A stretch of DNA of 64,000 nucleotides from Nitrospirota bacterium. GTDB taxonomy: Bacteria > Nitrospirota > UBA9217. The translations under genes were made by a program, and so were the position numbers. Below the pieces are notes generated by a model. It was not told where the DNA came from and searched no databases. It was given only the letters and a program-made list of their open reading frames with translations. This document shows positions 50,407-61,240 of this stretch, piece by piece. The DNA lies in NCBI GenBank assembly GCA_963737155.1, contig CAVTRN010000002.1:2208001-2272000 (forward strand), in the 5' to 3' direction. Every line of letters begins with the position of its first letter. The stretch's first letter is position 1.

Positions 50407-51792
50407 TCACTCGCCACCTTTTTCTTCCAATTGATAGTCCTTGATTTTCGTGAGAAGGGTCTTGTAGCTCACCTGCAGAATTTCGGCGGCGCGAGATTTG
50501 TTGCCGCTGGTCTGTTTTAAAGCCTGCTTGATGCGGCGCGATTCCGCTATACGGGTGGCAGCCTCAGCCACCGCAAAGAGCGGGCCATCCATCGGCACAT
50601 TTTCCGCGAGAGCATCAACAATACTCGACTCGCTGATGCCGAGATCCTGAGGCCGGATACAACCGCCGTCGGCATAGATAACGGACCGTTCAATCACATT
50701 TTCGAGCTCCCGCACGTTTCCTCTCCATGGCGATTTCATCAATATATCCATGGCATCGTTGGAAATCGTGAGTGGGCCCTTTCGAACCTCTGCTGAATAC
50801 TTGTTTAAAAAATTTCGGGCAAGTGCGGGAATATCCTCCCGCCGGTCCCTGAGGGGTGGAATAGTAATAGGAAAAACGTTAAGGCGATAAAACAGATCTT
50901 CGCGGAATAGTTTTGCGGCAACTGCTTTTTCCATGTTTTTGTTCGTGGCGGCTACGACCCGAACATCGATCTTGATCGGTTTGCCTCCCCCCACCCTCTC
51001 GATCACCTGTTCTTGAAGTACGCGTAGCACCTTCGCCTGTAAAGACAAATCCATGTCTCCAATTTCGTCTAGGAATACGGTGCCTTTGTCGGCAAGTTCG
51101 AGCTTGCCCAGCTTCCGTGCGTCGGCTCCTGTAAATGCTCCCCGTTCGTATCCAAAAAGTTCGCTTTCGAGCAGTTCTTTCGGGATTGCGGCGGAATTGA
51201 TCGCGATGAAGGGCGATTCTTTTCGCTGGCTCAAGTAATGGATTGCCCGGGCAAACAGTTCCTTGCCTGTTCCGCTTTCCCCGTAAATCAGCACAGTCGC
51301 ATTCGTCGGGGAGACCTTATGGATCTTCGATGTAATTTCCTGCATCTGGCTGCTCTTGCCGATGATTTTGGGCATTCCCAGTTTCTCCGCAAATTCCTCC
51401 CTGAGTAGTATGTTTTCAGTGGCAAGGCGTGTCGTATCGAGCGCCCGCTGAATAAGTACGAGCAGATGGTCCGTATCAAACGGCTTGGTCAGAAAATCCC
51501 AAGCCCCTTCCTTTACGGCCTTGACGGCAGTCTCGATCGTGCCGAAGGCCGTCATCACAATAACGGGCAGCAGGGGATTTTCCTGTTTTACGTTCCTTAG
51601 CACCTCAAAACCATCTTTTTTCGGTAATTTGATGTCCGTCAGCACCAGTCCGATGCGCTCGTCGGTAAGCTTCTTGATTCCCTCGGCCCCGTCCTTGGCC
51701 GGGATAACCTGATAACCTGCGCTCTCGAGAGTCTCTTTCAACATGTCGAGCATGCTTGCCTTATCTTCAATAACGAGTATCCTATCGGCCAT
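50407..51792 (-). CDS. sigma54-dependent response regulator (PilR/NtrC family)
   Basis: REC domain, GESGTGKE, GAFTGA, FREDLFYRL, WRGNVREL, Fis-type HTH. Confidence 0.96.
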   Translation of the reverse strand: MADRILVIEDKASMLDMLKETLESAGYQVIPAKDGAEGIKKLTDERIGLVLTDIKLPKKDGFEVLRNVKQENPLLPVIVMTAFGTIETAVKAVKEGAWDFLTKPFDTDHLLVLIQRALDTTRLATENILLREEFAEKLGMPKIIGKSSQMQEITSKIHKVSPTNATVLIYGESGTGKELFARAIHYLSQRKESPFIAINSAAIPKELLESELFGYERGAFTGADARKLGKLELADKGTVFLDEIGDMDLSLQAKVLRVLQEQVIERVGGGKPIKIDVRVVAATNKNMEKAVAAKLFREDLFYRLNVFPITIPPLRDRREDIPALARNFLNKYSAEVRKGPLTISNDAMDILMKSPWRGNVRELENVIERSVIYADGGCIRPQDLGISESSIVDALAENVPMDGPLFAVAEAATRIAESRRIKQALKQTSGNKSRAAEILQVSYKTLLTKIKDYQLEEKGGE

Positions 51793-51799
51793 GATTTTT

Positions 51800-53059
51800 T
51801 TACCTCGCAGGTAACGTCACACTGAAAGCTGTTCCCTGCCCTTCACTGCTTTCCACTTCAAGCCTGCCTCCATGGGAGGCAATAATTTTATGGGCCAGTG
51901 CCAGGCCCATTCCCACGCCGGAGTCTTTTGTTGTAAAAAAAGGAAGAAATATTTTTTTTATGTTATCCGCAGGGATTCCAGCGCCGCTGTCATGTATAAC
52001 GATATTCAGGTCGTATCCTGCTCGGCACAATACCGACAGCTTTCCTCCGTACGGCATCGCTTCAACAGCATTCTGGATCAAGTTGGTCAATGCCTGCCGC
52101 ATTAGCACCTCATCGATCGATACAACGGTGGCATCAATCTTGAGTTCAGTTGTCACCCGATGTCCGGCGTCCTTGGCCAACAATACCGATGCGAGACAGC
52201 TTTCTATCATTTCCCCGACATTGACTGGAACCCGATTCAGAGATGCCGGGCGTGCAAAGGTAAGAAGGTCTCCAATGATCCTGTTCATTCCGTTTATTTC
52301 ATCGGCGATTTTCCGGGTCAGCTCTTGAGAAGACGGATCATATTTTTTCGACATTAGGTTCAGATAGCCGGAGATTACTGCCATGGGATTCCGCAGTTCG
52401 TGGGCGATGCCTGCGGACATCTCGCCGAGGGCGGTCAGCCGCTCACGGAGCTCAACCTGTTCTTGCAAATGTTTAACTTCCGTAAGGTCCGAAAAGGACA
52501 GGATAACGCCGATCGCCGCATCATGCCGGTCGGTAAGGACCGCCGTATTGTATCCGAGCCAGAGACGTCCACCTGCACGGGCGAGCATTGCTTCCATACG
52601 AGCCGAAGGAACTTTCCGCTCTAGGGTACGATGGACTGCCGCTGTAATGCCGTCTTCGTCGAAGATATCGCGGCAGCTCTTACTGAGGACAAGATCGCGA
52701 TTCAGGCTAAGTATTTCCTCTGCCGCACGATTGATTGTGGTAAGTTTGCACTGAGTGTCGAAAGTCATCACTCCGCTTGTTACGCATTGAAGGATGTTTT
52801 CATTATAGCTTTCGATGTTATCAGCCCGCTGTTCTGCCAGTGCTTTGAGACGTACGAGTTCCTTTTCCTTCTCCTTCAGCTGTTTGGTAACGTCGCGAAA
52901 GGCGCTAATGATAAAAGAAGTATCTGTCGATTTTCTTCTCTCTTTTTTTTGAAGGCCAAGGACCCGTCTAAACCGGCGCGTGACGCTCCAGAGCACAAAC
53001 CCCGCCACCAGAAGGATAAAAAGGACGGGGAGAAATGTGAACAGAGTTCGTGATGTCAT
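51800..53059 (-). CDS. PAS sensor histidine kinase (PilS/NtrB-like)
   Basis: TM, PAS, IAHELRNP, NAVEAM, FFTTK, GMGL. Confidence 0.94.
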   Translation of the reverse strand: MTSRTLFTFLPVLFILLVAGFVLWSVTRRFRRVLGLQKKERRKSTDTSFIISAFRDVTKQLKEKEKELVRLKALAEQRADNIESYNENILQCVTSGVMTFDTQCKLTTINRAAEEILSLNRDLVLSKSCRDIFDEDGITAAVHRTLERKVPSARMEAMLARAGGRLWLGYNTAVLTDRHDAAIGVILSFSDLTEVKHLQEQVELRERLTALGEMSAGIAHELRNPMAVISGYLNLMSKKYDPSSQELTRKIADEINGMNRIIGDLLTFARPASLNRVPVNVGEMIESCLASVLLAKDAGHRVTTELKIDATVVSIDEVLMRQALTNLIQNAVEAMPYGGKLSVLCRAGYDLNIVIHDSGAGIPADNIKKIFLPFFTTKDSGVGMGLALAHKIIASHGGRLEVESSEGQGTAFSVTLPAR

Positions 53060-53883
53060 GGTCTAATCAGATTGAGATACCATGATACGATAGTAGACCC
53101 ATAGAATGCTGTCATGACTGCGCCGAAGGCAAGGAAAGGACCAAAGGGAATGACCTTCTCCATTTTATGCCGCTTCAACAGGATGAATAGAATACCTCCG
53201 ACAGACCCGACAAGAGAGCCGAGCATAATGGTGAGGAGAGCTCCTTTCCATCCGAAAAAACTGCCAATCATGCCCATAAGCTTCACATCGCCACCCCCCA
53301 TGGCCTCGACATGACGAAGCCTTTCCCATATCCATCCGACGGCAAAAAGCGGGACTGCCCCCGCAAGCAACCCGATGAGTGAATTGAGAAATGCAACCAG
53401 ATAGAGACCCGCATGTGGCAACAAACTGCCAAGATGGAACGGGAGCGGCTCGGCAAGAGGATGGAGATAAAAAGGCGCGAAGGAAAGCCCAATGAGCATC
53501 CCGGGCAGGGTAATAATATCGGGGATGATCTGATGATCGAAATCGATGAAAGTAATCACGATCAGGGACGAACAAAGGATCATTAACAGCACAGCTTCAC
53601 CGCCGAAGCCAAAATTAAGAGCGACCCAAACATAAAACAAGCCGTTGACAAGTTCAACAAACGGGTATCGCCACGAAATGGGTTCTCCACATTTACGACA
53701 CTTGGCTCGGAGAAAGATAAAGCTGACAAGAGGAATGTTGTCGTAGAATCTGATGGGTTCTTTGCAATGGGGGCAATGGGACGCCGGTTTATTCACTGAG
53801 CGACCGCTCGGCAATCGCACGATGCAGACATTCAGAAAACTTCCGATGACAAGGCCAAAGAGAAAGGTAGCGAAAACCATCAT
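53056..53883 (-). CDS. pilD: prepilin peptidase
   Basis: GSFLNVCIVRLP, CPHC, CRKC, FID..HQIIPD, MGGGDVKL, PFGPFL. Confidence 0.96.
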   Translation of the reverse strand: MMVFATFLFGLVIGSFLNVCIVRLPSGRSVNKPASHCPHCKEPIRFYDNIPLVSFIFLRAKCRKCGEPISWRYPFVELVNGLFYVWVALNFGFGGEAVLLMILCSSLIVITFIDFDHQIIPDIITLPGMLIGLSFAPFYLHPLAEPLPFHLGSLLPHAGLYLVAFLNSLIGLLAGAVPLFAVGWIWERLRHVEAMGGGDVKLMGMIGSFFGWKGALLTIMLGSLVGSVGGILFILLKRHKMEKVIPFGPFLAFGAVMTAFYGSTIVSWYLNLIRP

Positions 53884-54248
53884 GAAAGCGCATCCTCCGT
53901 CTGCCTTACAGCGGTTTTTAAATCCCGCCGGACTATTTTCAATTCGGTCTTGAGTTCTTCGATTTCTCGTTCCCGATCTGTCAATTCAGCCATTGCCGTG
54001 ACAATCTCTTCATCGCGGAACAGGACGTCGGTCACCTTGGGGAGGGCATCCTGCCCTTTGAGATCCATAATTTTTCGGCCAATTTGACGGTGCAACTGAT
54101 CGATCGCGGCCTGCGTTTCGTCGATCCTGATTCTCAGCCGCACGATCATAAGCTCAGTCTTCACCCACTCCGAAAAAGTAGCGGCCATGACGGAGATCTT
54201 CTTGCTGCCTTTCCCTATGTTCAGGACCGCTTTTTCCCAGATGGTCAT
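53880..54248 (-). CDS. coiled-coil hypothetical protein
   Basis: AAGGAG RBS before MTIWEK; ATGA overlap with pilD. Confidence 0.7.
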   Translation of the reverse strand: MTIWEKAVLNIGKGSKKISVMAATFSEWVKTELMIVRLRIRIDETQAAIDQLHRQIGRKIMDLKGQDALPKVTDVLFRDEEIVTAMAELTDREREIEELKTELKIVRRDLKTAVRQTEDALS

Positions 54249-54372
54249 AGTAACTCCTTGCATAAGGATCATGATTACATGGCATGGGTAAGGCCAGATC
54301 ATAAAAACAAGTATCCCATTGCCCCGGCCAATGTCCCTGATTAGCTTACTTTATCAGAATATGTCTAAAATA

Positions 54373-56865
54373 TCAACCGACGGAAATCAGCCCCAGACGC
54401 CCCTGCCACTTCCGTTTCAGAAACCCCCTGAGATGCGGATACTGTTCCAGTTGGGGGGCCTGTTCCAGGAGCTGCATAGCCTCGCTTCTGGCAATTTCCA
54501 GCAAGTCGGCATCTCGGATAATGTTGGCAGCTCGCAGGTCAGGAAGTCCAGACTGGCGGGTACCGAAGAACTCACCTGGTCCACGCATGCGCAGGTCCTC
54601 TTCAGCGATCTTGAAACCATCATTCGTATGTGCAAAAGCATTGAGCCGTTCCCGAGCTTCTACGGCAAACATTCGAGGCCCCATGAGAATACAGTAAGAT
54701 TGGTGGTCTCCTCTCCCGACACGCCCACGCAGCTGATGGAGCTGGGACAGGCCAAAACGCTCGGGATGCTCGATCACCATGACCGTTGCATTCGGGACAT
54801 CAACGCCCACCTCGATTACAGTGGTTGAAACTAGTATCTGAATTTCACGGGCTTTGAATGCGGCCATGACTGACTCTTTGACATCACCTTTCATCCTGCC
54901 ATGAAGCAGACCGATCTTCCGCCCCTGGAAAACGTCCTTCTGCATATGAGCAGCCATCTCCGTCGCGGCATTGAGATCGCTCTTTTCCGTTTCCTCCACA
55001 AGCGGATAGACAACATAAATCTGGCGGCCTTTATTGAGTTCACCGTCCATAAACTGATACGCCTCCCGGCGTCTGTTCTCAAAATAAAGCTGCGTAATAA
55101 TCGGAATTCTGCCTTCGGGCATTTCATCAATAACCGATACGTCAAGATCGCCGTAGACCGTGAGCGCGAGTGTGCGCGGGATAGGAGTTGCAGTCATGAC
55201 AAGCACGTCCGGTTCATACCCCTTTGCGGTCAGTGTTGAGCGCTGCATCACGCCGAACCGATGCTGTTCATCGATTATTGCAAGACCGAGCTTGCTGAAT
55301 ATTACCTGCTCCTCAATTAACGCATGCGTACCAACAACAATCCGTGCTTCCCCAGATTCGATTTCAGCGATCACCTCCGCTTTCTCTTTCTTTTTGCGGC
55401 TGCCGGTGAGGGACCTGACCGCGATGCCGAGCGGTCCGACCAGTCCGGTCATGTTGCTATAGTGTTGTTCTGCGAGGATTTCCGTCGGTGCCATGACACA
55501 GGCCTGGTATCCATTCTCTACCGCCAGCAAAGCGGCCATCAAGGCCACGATTGTCTTTCCGCAACCTACATCACCCTGCACCAGCCGGTTCATAGGACGG
55601 TCCGCCGTCATGTCATTCCGGATTTCGGCGATTACGCGTTCTTGGGCTTTCGTCAGGCCGAAGGGAAGACTCTTCCTTAGCATCATCTCGAGATTCATCA
55701 GCGGTCTGAACTGAATTCCCTTCTTTTCAACCATCAATCCCCATTTTCTGAGCGCAAGCCCCAGTTCCAATACGAAGAGTTCCTCGAAGCTCAACCTGCG
55801 GTGCGCTGCGCTCAAACCCCTGTTTAATACGTTTACATCCTTCTCCTGCGTTGGGAAATGGACCTCGTAGTATGCCTCCTGAACAGGCATCAGGGAATAT
55901 TTTTCGACGATCCCCTTAGGCAGCATTTCAGACATTGCTCCAACGCATGTATCAAGAATGTCCTTGATCATGCTGCGAAGATAGCGAACGGAAATTCCGG
56001 CGGTTGTACGATATATGGGTACCATTCTGCCGGTATGGATAAGCCCGTCCGTCTCGTCGTCTTCCATAATCTCGTAATCTGGATTTTCAATCTGCGGCAA
56101 CCCGCCCTTGTAGGTGTTTGCCTTGATGATCCCAGACAAGATCACCCGCTGACCTTTTTTAAACATCTTCTGCATAAAGGGCTGATTAAACCAAGAACCG
56201 ATGAGCATACCGCTCCGGTCGGTGATCAGGAGTTCAAAGATCCTGACGTGTTTTCGCTTTGTCTGGACTACTTCGGCGGAAACCACCTCACCCGATACAG
56301 TCTCATAGGCGCCGTAGGAGAGCCGTCCGATTTTTTTGAGGTTCCCCCGGTCTTCATAACGCCATGGGAAATAGGACAGCGCGTCCTCAACAGTCGATAT
56401 GCCGAGTTTTTTTAACCTCTCAGCTCGTTTCAGCCCAATACCCTTGCAGTATTGAATGAGGCTATCGAGCCGGAGTGAATCCTTAACGTCTTCCCCTTGC
56501 TCCCCATCGCGTGATAGTGTCAAAATGTTTCGTATCTTCTCGCCCTCAGGGGAAGGCCCGCGCTGAACTGGACGAATAGAAGCGGAATGCTGCGGATCAT
56601 GTCCGAGATCCTCAGCATTGATCAGCGCCGTTGCTTTCAGGATACGGTCACGCTTCTGTTCCGGTGGCAGTTTGTCAAAATCCGTGAATAGTTTTTCGAT
56701 GCCCTCAATCAATATTTTGTCATTCGAGAATAGTTTTAGTTCTTCGATCTGTACCCGTATGAATGGTTCAAGTGCAGCAAGCGTTTTGAGGTGGGCAAAA
56801 TCGTCCCTGCCAGCGAATGACAGCGGCTTCCTGATTCTGTCTAGAATAGTTTTTTTGGACTCCAT
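54373..56865 (-). CDS. recG: ATP-dependent DNA helicase RecG
   Basis: QGDVGCGKT, DEQHRFG, TATPIPRT, QLRGRVGR, RGPGE; long N-terminal extension. Confidence 0.97.
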   Translation of the reverse strand: MESKKTILDRIRKPLSFAGRDDFAHLKTLAALEPFIRVQIEELKLFSNDKILIEGIEKLFTDFDKLPPEQKRDRILKATALINAEDLGHDPQHSASIRPVQRGPSPEGEKIRNILTLSRDGEQGEDVKDSLRLDSLIQYCKGIGLKRAERLKKLGISTVEDALSYFPWRYEDRGNLKKIGRLSYGAYETVSGEVVSAEVVQTKRKHVRIFELLITDRSGMLIGSWFNQPFMQKMFKKGQRVILSGIIKANTYKGGLPQIENPDYEIMEDDETDGLIHTGRMVPIYRTTAGISVRYLRSMIKDILDTCVGAMSEMLPKGIVEKYSLMPVQEAYYEVHFPTQEKDVNVLNRGLSAAHRRLSFEELFVLELGLALRKWGLMVEKKGIQFRPLMNLEMMLRKSLPFGLTKAQERVIAEIRNDMTADRPMNRLVQGDVGCGKTIVALMAALLAVENGYQACVMAPTEILAEQHYSNMTGLVGPLGIAVRSLTGSRKKKEKAEVIAEIESGEARIVVGTHALIEEQVIFSKLGLAIIDEQHRFGVMQRSTLTAKGYEPDVLVMTATPIPRTLALTVYGDLDVSVIDEMPEGRIPIITQLYFENRRREAYQFMDGELNKGRQIYVVYPLVEETEKSDLNAATEMAAHMQKDVFQGRKIGLLHGRMKGDVKESVMAAFKAREIQILVSTTVIEVGVDVPNATVMVIEHPERFGLSQLHQLRGRVGRGDHQSYCILMGPRMFAVEARERLNAFAHTNDGFKIAEEDLRMRGPGEFFGTRQSGLPDLRAANIIRDADLLEIARSEAMQLLEQAPQLEQYPHLRGFLKRKWQGRLGLISVG

Positions 56866-57070
56866 AGAAGATACTTATATTAAATTATTTTGCGAGAATT
56901 GTCGAGGAAAAGCAATGAACCTTACTTCGGCAGTTGAAAATCGGATTGGACAATGAATCTGAAAATCTCATAGCGAAAGATTCGGAGTTCATCAGCAATT
57001 TGTCTTAGTTCAAAATAACGCGACGGACAAATAGCATCAGAGAGAGGATTGCAGCGAAAACGGGGCTTTG

Positions 57071-58459
57071 TTACCGGGCCCCCATCGCATTCTCAATACT
57101 GGCTTGAGCAATTTTGTAGTTATACAGCGCGGCGTTATAGGCCGCCTGGGCGCTGACATAAGTTGCAAATGCATCGGAAACCTCAATTGTACTGCCTACC
57201 CCTGCAACATATCTGCCGTTTGCGAGAGCGAGGTTCTCTGTGGCCTCATCGGCTGATAGTTTAGCCGCCGAAATACTGGCCTCGGCAGCCTGCAAATTCA
57301 GATACGACTGCCGGATATCAAGGATAATCTGCTGCCGCAAGGCTTCTTCATTTTCCCTTAAGAGGTACAGATTGGACTTGGCCTCCGCCACCTGATGGCT
57401 CGTCAGGAAACCGTTGAACAGGGGTATGGTCAGCGCCACCCCGACATCCCAACTGGTGCCCGTCGTATAGGGTTGTAGATAAATTTCGTCTTTACCGTAA
57501 TCAGCGTTCCCAGACAAAACAGGATAGTAGCCTGTTCGCTGTAAACTGATATTCTCTTCGGCGGCATGGACTTGCGAGACGATTGACTTGAGGTCAGGCC
57601 TGTTCTCGAAAGCCCGCGTTGCGGCGTCTTCAAGGGTTATGGCATATTTCTGGAACGAAAGATTATCCTCTATCGTAAATTCCGGTGCATTAGGGACTCC
57701 CATCGAGTTTCTGAGGGTGACCCATGCTATCTTAAGAGTGTTGTCCGCGGTGATGAGGGCGAGCTTCGCGTTGCTCAGATTTACTTCCGCTGTAATAACA
57801 TCTATTTTCGCATTCGTCCCGACTTTATAAAACCCTTGTGCCTGGTCAAGATGCAACTGGTACTGTTTTATAACATCGGCGGCCACACCCAGGTTCCTCT
57901 TCGCCTGGAGCACTGCGTAATAGGCCTGCTTGACGCTCAGGGTCGTCGCGGCCGCCGTCGTGTTGAAGTTCATGCGGGACGCCTCGAGGTTATCTCTCGA
58001 GATACCGACTGAAGATGAAGTCTTTCCAAAATCCAGGATCGTTTGACTGAGGCTGATGCTGCCCGTCAATTCATTGTATGCTGTCACAGGGATAACCGAT
58101 GTCCCCGGAAAAGGCTTGACTCTGTTAAATGACGCCTGGGCGCTCACTTGGGGATAATAATTTGAAAGGGCCTCGCCTACCTGTTCCTTACTGATATCAA
58201 CGGAATATAGCGCGGCAATAATGGTCGGGTTGGTTCTGAGTGCTATTTCGCAGCACTGGCTTACGGTCAGCATGGTGACTGTCGGCACGCTCTGCACATC
58301 CACAGCCTTGTGCATTGAACCCTGCTCAGGCACTGCGGCAATTTCTTGAATGAGATGGGCCATCTCTTCAGACGACGCATCCGCTACCGCAACACATGAC
58401 AAGATAAACACCAGAAGCAGCAATTTAAGAACAAGTTTGAAATCGCCGTTCCAACCCAT
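57071..58459 (-). CDS. TolC-family outer membrane efflux protein
   Basis: Signal peptide, ALRTNP, YYPQV, LDFG, RYVAG. Confidence 0.93.
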   Translation of the reverse strand: MGWNGDFKLVLKLLLLVFILSCVAVADASSEEMAHLIQEIAAVPEQGSMHKAVDVQSVPTVTMLTVSQCCEIALRTNPTIIAALYSVDISKEQVGEALSNYYPQVSAQASFNRVKPFPGTSVIPVTAYNELTGSISLSQTILDFGKTSSSVGISRDNLEASRMNFNTTAAATTLSVKQAYYAVLQAKRNLGVAADVIKQYQLHLDQAQGFYKVGTNAKIDVITAEVNLSNAKLALITADNTLKIAWVTLRNSMGVPNAPEFTIEDNLSFQKYAITLEDAATRAFENRPDLKSIVSQVHAAEENISLQRTGYYPVLSGNADYGKDEIYLQPYTTGTSWDVGVALTIPLFNGFLTSHQVAEAKSNLYLLRENEEALRQQIILDIRQSYLNLQAAEASISAAKLSADEATENLALANGRYVAGVGSTIEVSDAFATYVSAQAAYNAALYNYKIAQASIENAMGAR

Positions 58460-58480
58460 CGTGATTCTCCTCCGAACTTT

Positions 58481-59074
58481 TTAATTGAATTTTTGAGTAC
58501 CGTTGATAAAGATATCCACCATGTCCTTAACGGCCTGCTCCATTCGCTTTTTCGTCATCCCGTTTTCCTTCATGATTTCTTCTGTCCTGAAATAATTAAA
58601 GAGCATACCCAAAAAAGTTCTCGCAGCGATTTCCGGACAAATATTCCTTAAAACTGCTTTTTTCTGCATCAGAACAAAATAGCCTGCGAGCGTCATGCGA
58701 ACCTCGTCGACATAGGAACGGTACATCCTTTTTACTTTTTCGGGATAAATATGAATCTCCGAAAGTAGTATTTTCATCATCGATTTTCGTTCTTTCAGCG
58801 TCGTTAGGAAGTTCACCGCAATCAGGATAAGCGCCTCTTCGTACGTATGGTCGCCGAGCTCCGGCAGAAGCTCTTTGAGCCTCGGCAAGAAAGTATAACT
58901 GCTCAGAAGCTCCATAAAAAGCTTTTCTTTGGTTCCAAAATGTCGGAACAACGTGAGTTCCGTCACGCCTGCGTGACGTGATATCTCACGAGTCGTCGCT
59001 CCCAGGTAACCTTTTTCGGAAATAAGATGCAGCGATGATTCAAGCAATCTCTGTCTTGTTTCCGCTTTTTTCAT
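58481..59074 (-). CDS. TetR/AcrR family regulator
   Basis: GYLGATTREISRHAGVTELTLFRHFGTKEKLF. Confidence 0.95.
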   Translation of the reverse strand: MKKAETRQRLLESSLHLISEKGYLGATTREISRHAGVTELTLFRHFGTKEKLFMELLSSYTFLPRLKELLPELGDHTYEEALILIAVNFLTTLKERKSMMKILLSEIHIYPEKVKRMYRSYVDEVRMTLAGYFVLMQKKAVLRNICPEIAARTFLGMLFNYFRTEEIMKENGMTKKRMEQAVKDMVDIFINGTQKFN

Positions 59075-59101
59075 TCTCCTTCGGCCCCTTTGTCTAAAAT
59101 T

Positions 59102-59144
59102 GTAAGTACGTGCTTACGTTACATTATGTAAAGCCCTCTGTCAA
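59102..59144 (-). promoter_or_regulatory. tetR promoter and probable operator
   Basis: TTGACA(59144-59139)-N17-TAACGT; near-perfect palindrome GTAAGTACGTGCTTAC at 59102-59117. Confidence 0.7.
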
Positions 59145-59242
59145 GAAATTAACTGATGCTTCTCTTCCAATATCTTCGGGAAGGCCTTTCGTGCCTTTTC
59201 TTCATTTTGCTTTTTCGGGCGTCGAGAGGTATAATATCTGCC

Positions 59243-61240
59243 ATGAAAAAAAGCACACCATTGCTTTTCCCTCTGCTCCTGATTCTTTCCGCCATACTCG
59301 CCGGAGGGGCGGTCGGGTTTTCAATCTATTCAGTATGGGACCTTCCCCAGGTCCAAGCCCTTGAGGAATACCGCCCGAGCATCACCTCGAGGGTCTATTC
59401 GGATGACAACAGGCTTATTGCCGAGTTCTATCTCGAGAACCGCAGACCTGTTTCTCTGGACGATGTGCCGCCGATGCTCATCAATGCACTCATCGCAACG
59501 GAAGATGCAAGGTTTTACAGCCATCCGGGGATTGACGTCCGCGGTATGGCAAGGGCGTTCATGCGGAACATATTCGCACGGAAAGTCCTTGAAGGCGGCA
59601 GTACACTCACCCAGCAGCTGGCCAAAGTTCTCTTCCTGACACCAGAGCGAAGTTACAAGAGGAAACTCAAGGAAATGGTCCTGGCGCTCAAGATCGAACA
59701 ACGCTATACGAAACGCGAGATCTTGTCCATGTATCTGAATCAGATGTACTTCGGCAGCGGAGCCTATGGTGTGGAGTCAGCTTCCAACATCTACTTCGGT
59801 AAATCAGTAAAAGACCTGAATGTGGCCGAGTGCGCCCTGCTGGCCGGCCTGCCCAGGTCTCCCAAATATTACTCTCCGTTCAACTCCCCTCAGAGCGCGG
59901 CATCCAGACGCGCCTATGTGTTAAAGCGCATGGAGGCGGCAGGAATCATCACCAGGACACAGGCTGACGGGGCAAATAAGGCTCCCTTGCCCGTACCAAC
60001 GGCGGAAAAAAACGGTGGTCTCGCACCTTACTTCGTCGAATATGTCCGCCAGAAAGTTGAAGAGCGCTTTGGATCGAGCATACTGTACTCCGGCGGCTTG
60101 AATATCTATACAAGCATTAATGATGAACTCCAGGCGTATGCCGAAGAGGCCGTCAAGGACGGCCTGGCGGCAGTCGAGTCGCATCAGGTAAAATCGGGGC
60201 ATGCTCCTCTTCAGGCGGCTTTTATTGCCCTTGATCCGTTAACGGGTCGCATTCGCGCCATGGTCGGAGGCCGTGATTTCAACAGCAGCCAGTTCAACCG
60301 CGCTATACAAGCCCTCCGGCAGCCGGGGTCTGCGTTCAAGCCCATCATTTACGCCGAAGCCTTGGAACAGGGATACAGCCCTTCCGATATTCTCAATGAT
60401 TCACCGCTTACCATAAAAATAGACCGAAAAAAAACATGGTCTCCAGAAAACTATACGCACACCTATCAGGGCCCAGTTACCCTCCAAAACGCGCTTGCCC
60501 AGTCGCTCAATGTGCCGACAATCCGGCTTCTGGAAAAAATCGGTATCGACGATACGATCCAATACGCACAGAAACTAGGGATTCGCAGCCCTTTGACACA
60601 TTATTTGTCGCTTGCGCTTGGCAGTTCCTCCCTGACGCTCGCCGAACTTACTTCGGCCTACGCGGTATTCTCCAATCACGGAATCAAACTGGGTCCTGTC
60701 TCGATACAGTCTATAACCGACAATTCAGGACAGGTCCTCTACATGAATGATGCATTGCCGGAGCAGATTATAAAACCCGAGACTGCTTATCTGATCACCT
60801 ACCTTCTGCAAGGCGTCATAGAGCGGGGAACGGGCTGGAAAGCGCGTGAACTCGGCCGGCCAGCCGCAGGCAAAACAGGGACGTCGAACGACTATCGCGA
60901 CGCATGGTTTATTGGATATACGCCTAACCTCGTTGCAGGCGTTTGGGTTGGCTACGATGATCAGGAAAGCATCGGGCCGAAGGAAACCGGCGCCAGAGCA
61001 GCCTTGCCTATCTGGCTCGAATTCATGAAAAAAGCGACTGCCGAACGACCTGTTGAGGATTTTTCCTTTCCTGACGGGATTGTCTTTAAACAGATTGATC
61101 CGAAAACGGGCCTTCTCTGCACGGAAAAATGCAAGGTTTCTATCCGCGAAGCCTATCTGACGGGTACCGAACCTAGCCGCTACTGCGATGGATCGTCGCC
61201 TGAATCCGATAAAATAGGAATCCAGGACGAAGTTCCCTGA
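59243..61240 (+). CDS. mrcA: class A penicillin-binding protein 1A
   Basis: EDARF, GSTLTQQ, RKLKE, SAFK, SLN, KTG. Confidence 0.96.
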   Translation: MKKSTPLLFPLLLILSAILAGGAVGFSIYSVWDLPQVQALEEYRPSITSRVYSDDNRLIAEFYLENRRPVSLDDVPPMLINALIATEDARFYSHPGIDVRGMARAFMRNIFARKVLEGGSTLTQQLAKVLFLTPERSYKRKLKEMVLALKIEQRYTKREILSMYLNQMYFGSGAYGVESASNIYFGKSVKDLNVAECALLAGLPRSPKYYSPFNSPQSAASRRAYVLKRMEAAGIITRTQADGANKAPLPVPTAEKNGGLAPYFVEYVRQKVEERFGSSILYSGGLNIYTSINDELQAYAEEAVKDGLAAVESHQVKSGHAPLQAAFIALDPLTGRIRAMVGGRDFNSSQFNRAIQALRQPGSAFKPIIYAEALEQGYSPSDILNDSPLTIKIDRKKTWSPENYTHTYQGPVTLQNALAQSLNVPTIRLLEKIGIDDTIQYAQKLGIRSPLTHYLSLALGSSSLTLAELTSAYAVFSNHGIKLGPVSIQSITDNSGQVLYMNDALPEQIIKPETAYLITYLLQGVIERGTGWKARELGRPAAGKTGTSNDYRDAWFIGYTPNLVAGVWVGYDDQESIGPKETGARAALPIWLEFMKKATAERPVEDFSFPDGIVFKQIDPKTGLLCTEKCKVSIREAYLTGTEPSRYCDGSSPESDKIGIQDEVP

